NCBI GenBank assembly: GCA_030324005.1 | Contig: JARDVH010000099.1 | Location: 70,845,786 to 70,909,785, forward strand | Length of the DNA stretch: 64,000 nucleotides | Source of the DNA: Negaprion brevirostris | Lineage: Eukaryota | Direction of reading: 5' to 3' | In this document: positions 61,101-64,000 of the stretch, one piece after another | Position numbering within the stretch: position 1 is the stretch's first letter | Layout of the letters: each line of letters starts with the position of its first letter | Notes under the pieces: model-generated | The model's input: only the letters and a program-made list of their open reading frames with translations | The model's database searches: none | Told to the model about the DNA's origin: nothing | Made by a program: the position numbers and the translations under genes

Positions 61101-62574
61101 TAAGACTGCACTGAAGATTTTTTTGACCTGGAAGCTCTGTCACATCTGAAACCAGGATAAAATAAAATATGTCATCAGAATCAAAATTCTGTAATTAACA
61201 TCAGACATCTACATTTGCATTGCTGTGACTTTGTGCGACACAAGGTGATATGTTTATCTAGAATCATAGCAAAGAAGGTGGCCATTTGGTCCATCATGCC
61301 TGTGCAGTCTCTTTGAAAGAGCTATTGAATTACTCCTGCTCCTCCTTCATTGCCCTGCAACTTACTGGTATGCTAATTATATTGATATGTAGGTGGAGGG
61401 TGTTGATTTAAGTACCTTGAGTACTTATAAGGAGACACTTCTGGGACTTTGAGTGTTGGTTAGGGAGAAAGCAGACATCTGTATTATTGCAGTCTGTGAT
61501 AAGTTAAGTATTGTGTTTGAAAAAAAAGGTGTCTAGTTTCCAATGTCGCCTATTGCCTTCAGAATGAATTAATATGGTAACAGAGAACGAAGATTGGAAA
61601 CTAACATTCCTCTTTTCAGACAGAATTATAATCTCAGTTAATTTTGTGGAAAGGCCCTGGTAAAATGATAGGGATGTGGTGGTATGACAGCAGTCCTCCA
61701 GCAGTGGTCAGTCGATTAAGGAAAATTTATCATGGTTAATTGGGATTGTTGATGTTCTAGCTAAAGAAGCAGAGCAGTTAAGAGGCATGATTGGAAATTT
61801 GAATTGGTAATATGTTCAGAGTAGACCTGATGCTAATTTTGATGTATTAGAACTAAATACTAGATGCAGTGCACTATAGCCGAAGATATTTTGAGGGAAA
61901 ATAAAACAATTAAAAAATTGAATACGGAGAAATGCATATGCAGATTTCCAGCCTTCAGGGACTTGAAGTATACGAGACATTTTTAATGATGTTTCTTATG
62001 CCAGTCTTTCAGATGAGTATTCAAGTACAACTGACTTTATAATTTTGTTGGATAAAAATGGAAATGTTGTCTTTTTGCCTGGGAAGCTACGAAAATAAAA
62101 AGGGTGATTAAAAAGTACTTGGAAGCTCTCAGAGAAGCAATAGATATTGGATTTTACTTGCCAAATATTTTAGGGGAAATTCTGTTCAAGGGGTGTTCTA
62201 AGAACTGTTTGCCCATTAAATGTTACATAGGTTATCGTTTCCTGTGGAATAATATGCATTTACAAATAACAAATCTATTATTAAGTAAAAGACTTGGCAC
62301 CTACTTGGTTGCCTACTTCCTCAACTGGCTTCAAAATGAATTAATGTAAATTTCAGCTTCAGGCATTCAAGCAATTTTGTTTTGAAAATTGGTATTTAAT
62401 CTGCTTCTAACACACTCTTCAAACATTCTATTCCAGATGATATAATGGATCAACTGTTAATTTATATATTTGTTTAAAATAATGCTGTATATGGGCTCCT
62501 TGGTATGGATAGGGCTATGCAGTGTGGAAGAATGTGTAACCAACCTGCTTTGCATTCCCTTCTCCCAACACCCA

Positions 62575-63050
62575 TCTCTCAGATGCACCATAGAAAGCAT
62601 TCTTTCTGGTTGTATCACAGCTTATTATGGATGCTGCTCTGCCCAAGACTGCAAGGAACTACAAAAGATTGTGAATGTAGCTCAGTCCNNNNNNNNNNNN
62701 NNNNNNNNNNNNNNNNNNNNNNNNNNNNNNNNNNNNNNNNNNNNNNNNNNNNNNNNNNNNNNNNNNNNNNNNNNNNNNNNNNNNNNNNNNNNNNNNNNNN
62801 NNNNNNNNNNNNNNNNNNNNNNNNNNNNNNNNNNNNNNNNNNNNNNNNNNNNNNNNNTGCTGCTGTCAGACTTTTGAATGGACTTACCTTGCATTAAGTT
62901 GATCTTTCTCTTCACCCTAGCTATGACTGTAACATTACATTCTGCACTCTCTCGTTTCCTTCTCTAGGAACAGTATGCTTTGCCTGTAAGCATGCAAGAA
63001 GCAATACTTTTCACTGTATACTAATACATGTGACAATAAATTGAATCAGA
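62575..63050 (+). mobile_element. Rex1/Babar 3' end spanning a gap
   Basis: RCTIESILSGCITAYYGCCSAQDCKELQKIVNVAQS and AAVRLLNG; tail TTTTCACTGTATACTAATACATGTGACAATAAA. Confidence 0.92.
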
Positions 63051-63194
63051 TCGCAAGGTCTCCGTCACAATTGTGGTTGAAATAATCTTAGAACAAATGT
63101 TTATTCAATGAAAAAAACTGACAAGTACTTCCCAAGAAACACTCCCAAAATAGGAGGAATCAGTCACAACATCAATATGTATTTATATGGGGAT

Positions 63195-63668
63195 ATAGAA
63201 ACTAGGAGCAAGAGTAGTCATTCAGCTCCGCCATTCAATGTGATCACAACTGATCCTCTATTTCAACATGATACTCCTGTACTCTCCTGTACCTTTTGAC
63301 ACTTTGAGTCTAGAAATGTATTTCCTCCTCAAATATATTTAATGACTTGGCCTCCTCAGCCTTTTATGGTAGAGAATTCCACAGATTAGCCACCCTCTGA
63401 ATGAAGAAGTTTGTCCTCATTGAAGTCCTAAAATGGCCTATCCCATATCCTGAGACTGCAAACTGTTGTTCTAGCCCCCCTCCCCAGCCAGAGGAAACAT
63501 CATTCACTGAGTCCAGTCTGTCCAGCCCAGAATTATATATGTTTCATTCAAGTCTCTTATTTTTCTTAACTCTAGTGAATATAGGTCTAGTCCACCCAAT
63601 ATCTTCTCTACAATAGTCATGCCACCCAAGAATCAGTCTGGTGAAACTTCACTACACTTCCTCCATGG
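63195..63668 (-). mobile_element. CR1 3' portion (followed by an L2 relic to about 63820)
   Basis: ATAGAAACTAGGAGCAAGAGTAG...CCGCCATTCAATGTGATCAC...GGTAGAGAATTCCACAGATT..ACCCTCTGA. Confidence 0.85.
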
Positions 63669-64000
63669 CATTTCACAGTAGCACTGTAAAACAGTATGAC
63701 ACTGAACCATTTAAATTTAAGGGAAAATGATCAAAAGCTTAATCAAAAAGGAATGCCTTAAGAAGGAACACAAGATACAGAGGTGGAGATGTGTAGGGAG
63801 GGAATTCCTGAGCTTCGAACCGAGGGATCAAGGTAGTCTTTTTGTTGAGGACTCTTCAGATTTTATCAAGGGTTACTTTTTGAATTTTGGGGGCTATTTT
63901 TCTCCTCTTCTGGTTTCTTTTTCGTTCTGATTAATACTTCAAGTGATACAATCATGTGGTAACATTACTGTCTATTTATGTTGTTTGTTTAAAAAGATTT

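Overview
AT-rich, repeat-dense vertebrate genomic DNA, almost certainly from a shark or other elasmobranch: HE1-type V-SINEs, SacSINE1-like DeuSINEs and shark-type CR1 are all present. It comes from a gapped short-read scaffold. I found no convincing host protein-coding exon, RNA gene or CRISPR array, so this looks like a large intron or intergenic region. The ORFs I could recognise are decayed transposon fragments or N-gap artefacts; the rest look like chance ORFs. Content: many CR1 and L2 fragments, Rex1/Babar, RTE, Tx1-like and a second CR1/Jockey-group LINE, Penelope-like elements (PLEs) whose pLTRs carry hammerhead-ribozyme motifs, a Harbinger transposase relic with putative MITEs, and a decayed Ty1/copia relic (PR-IN-RT order) at about 22.3-24.1 kb. 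The most interesting signals are: (1) the copia relic; (2) PLE hammerheads that repeatedly lost catalytic G12 at a CpG; (3) one SINE head carrying two alternative tails, one of which shares a covarying stem with the Rex1 3' end; (4) a complex inverted PLE insertion bounded by a TSD. I see no well-supported wholly new biological system. Family names come from motif recognition by eye, not database searches, and boundaries are approximate (tens of bp).
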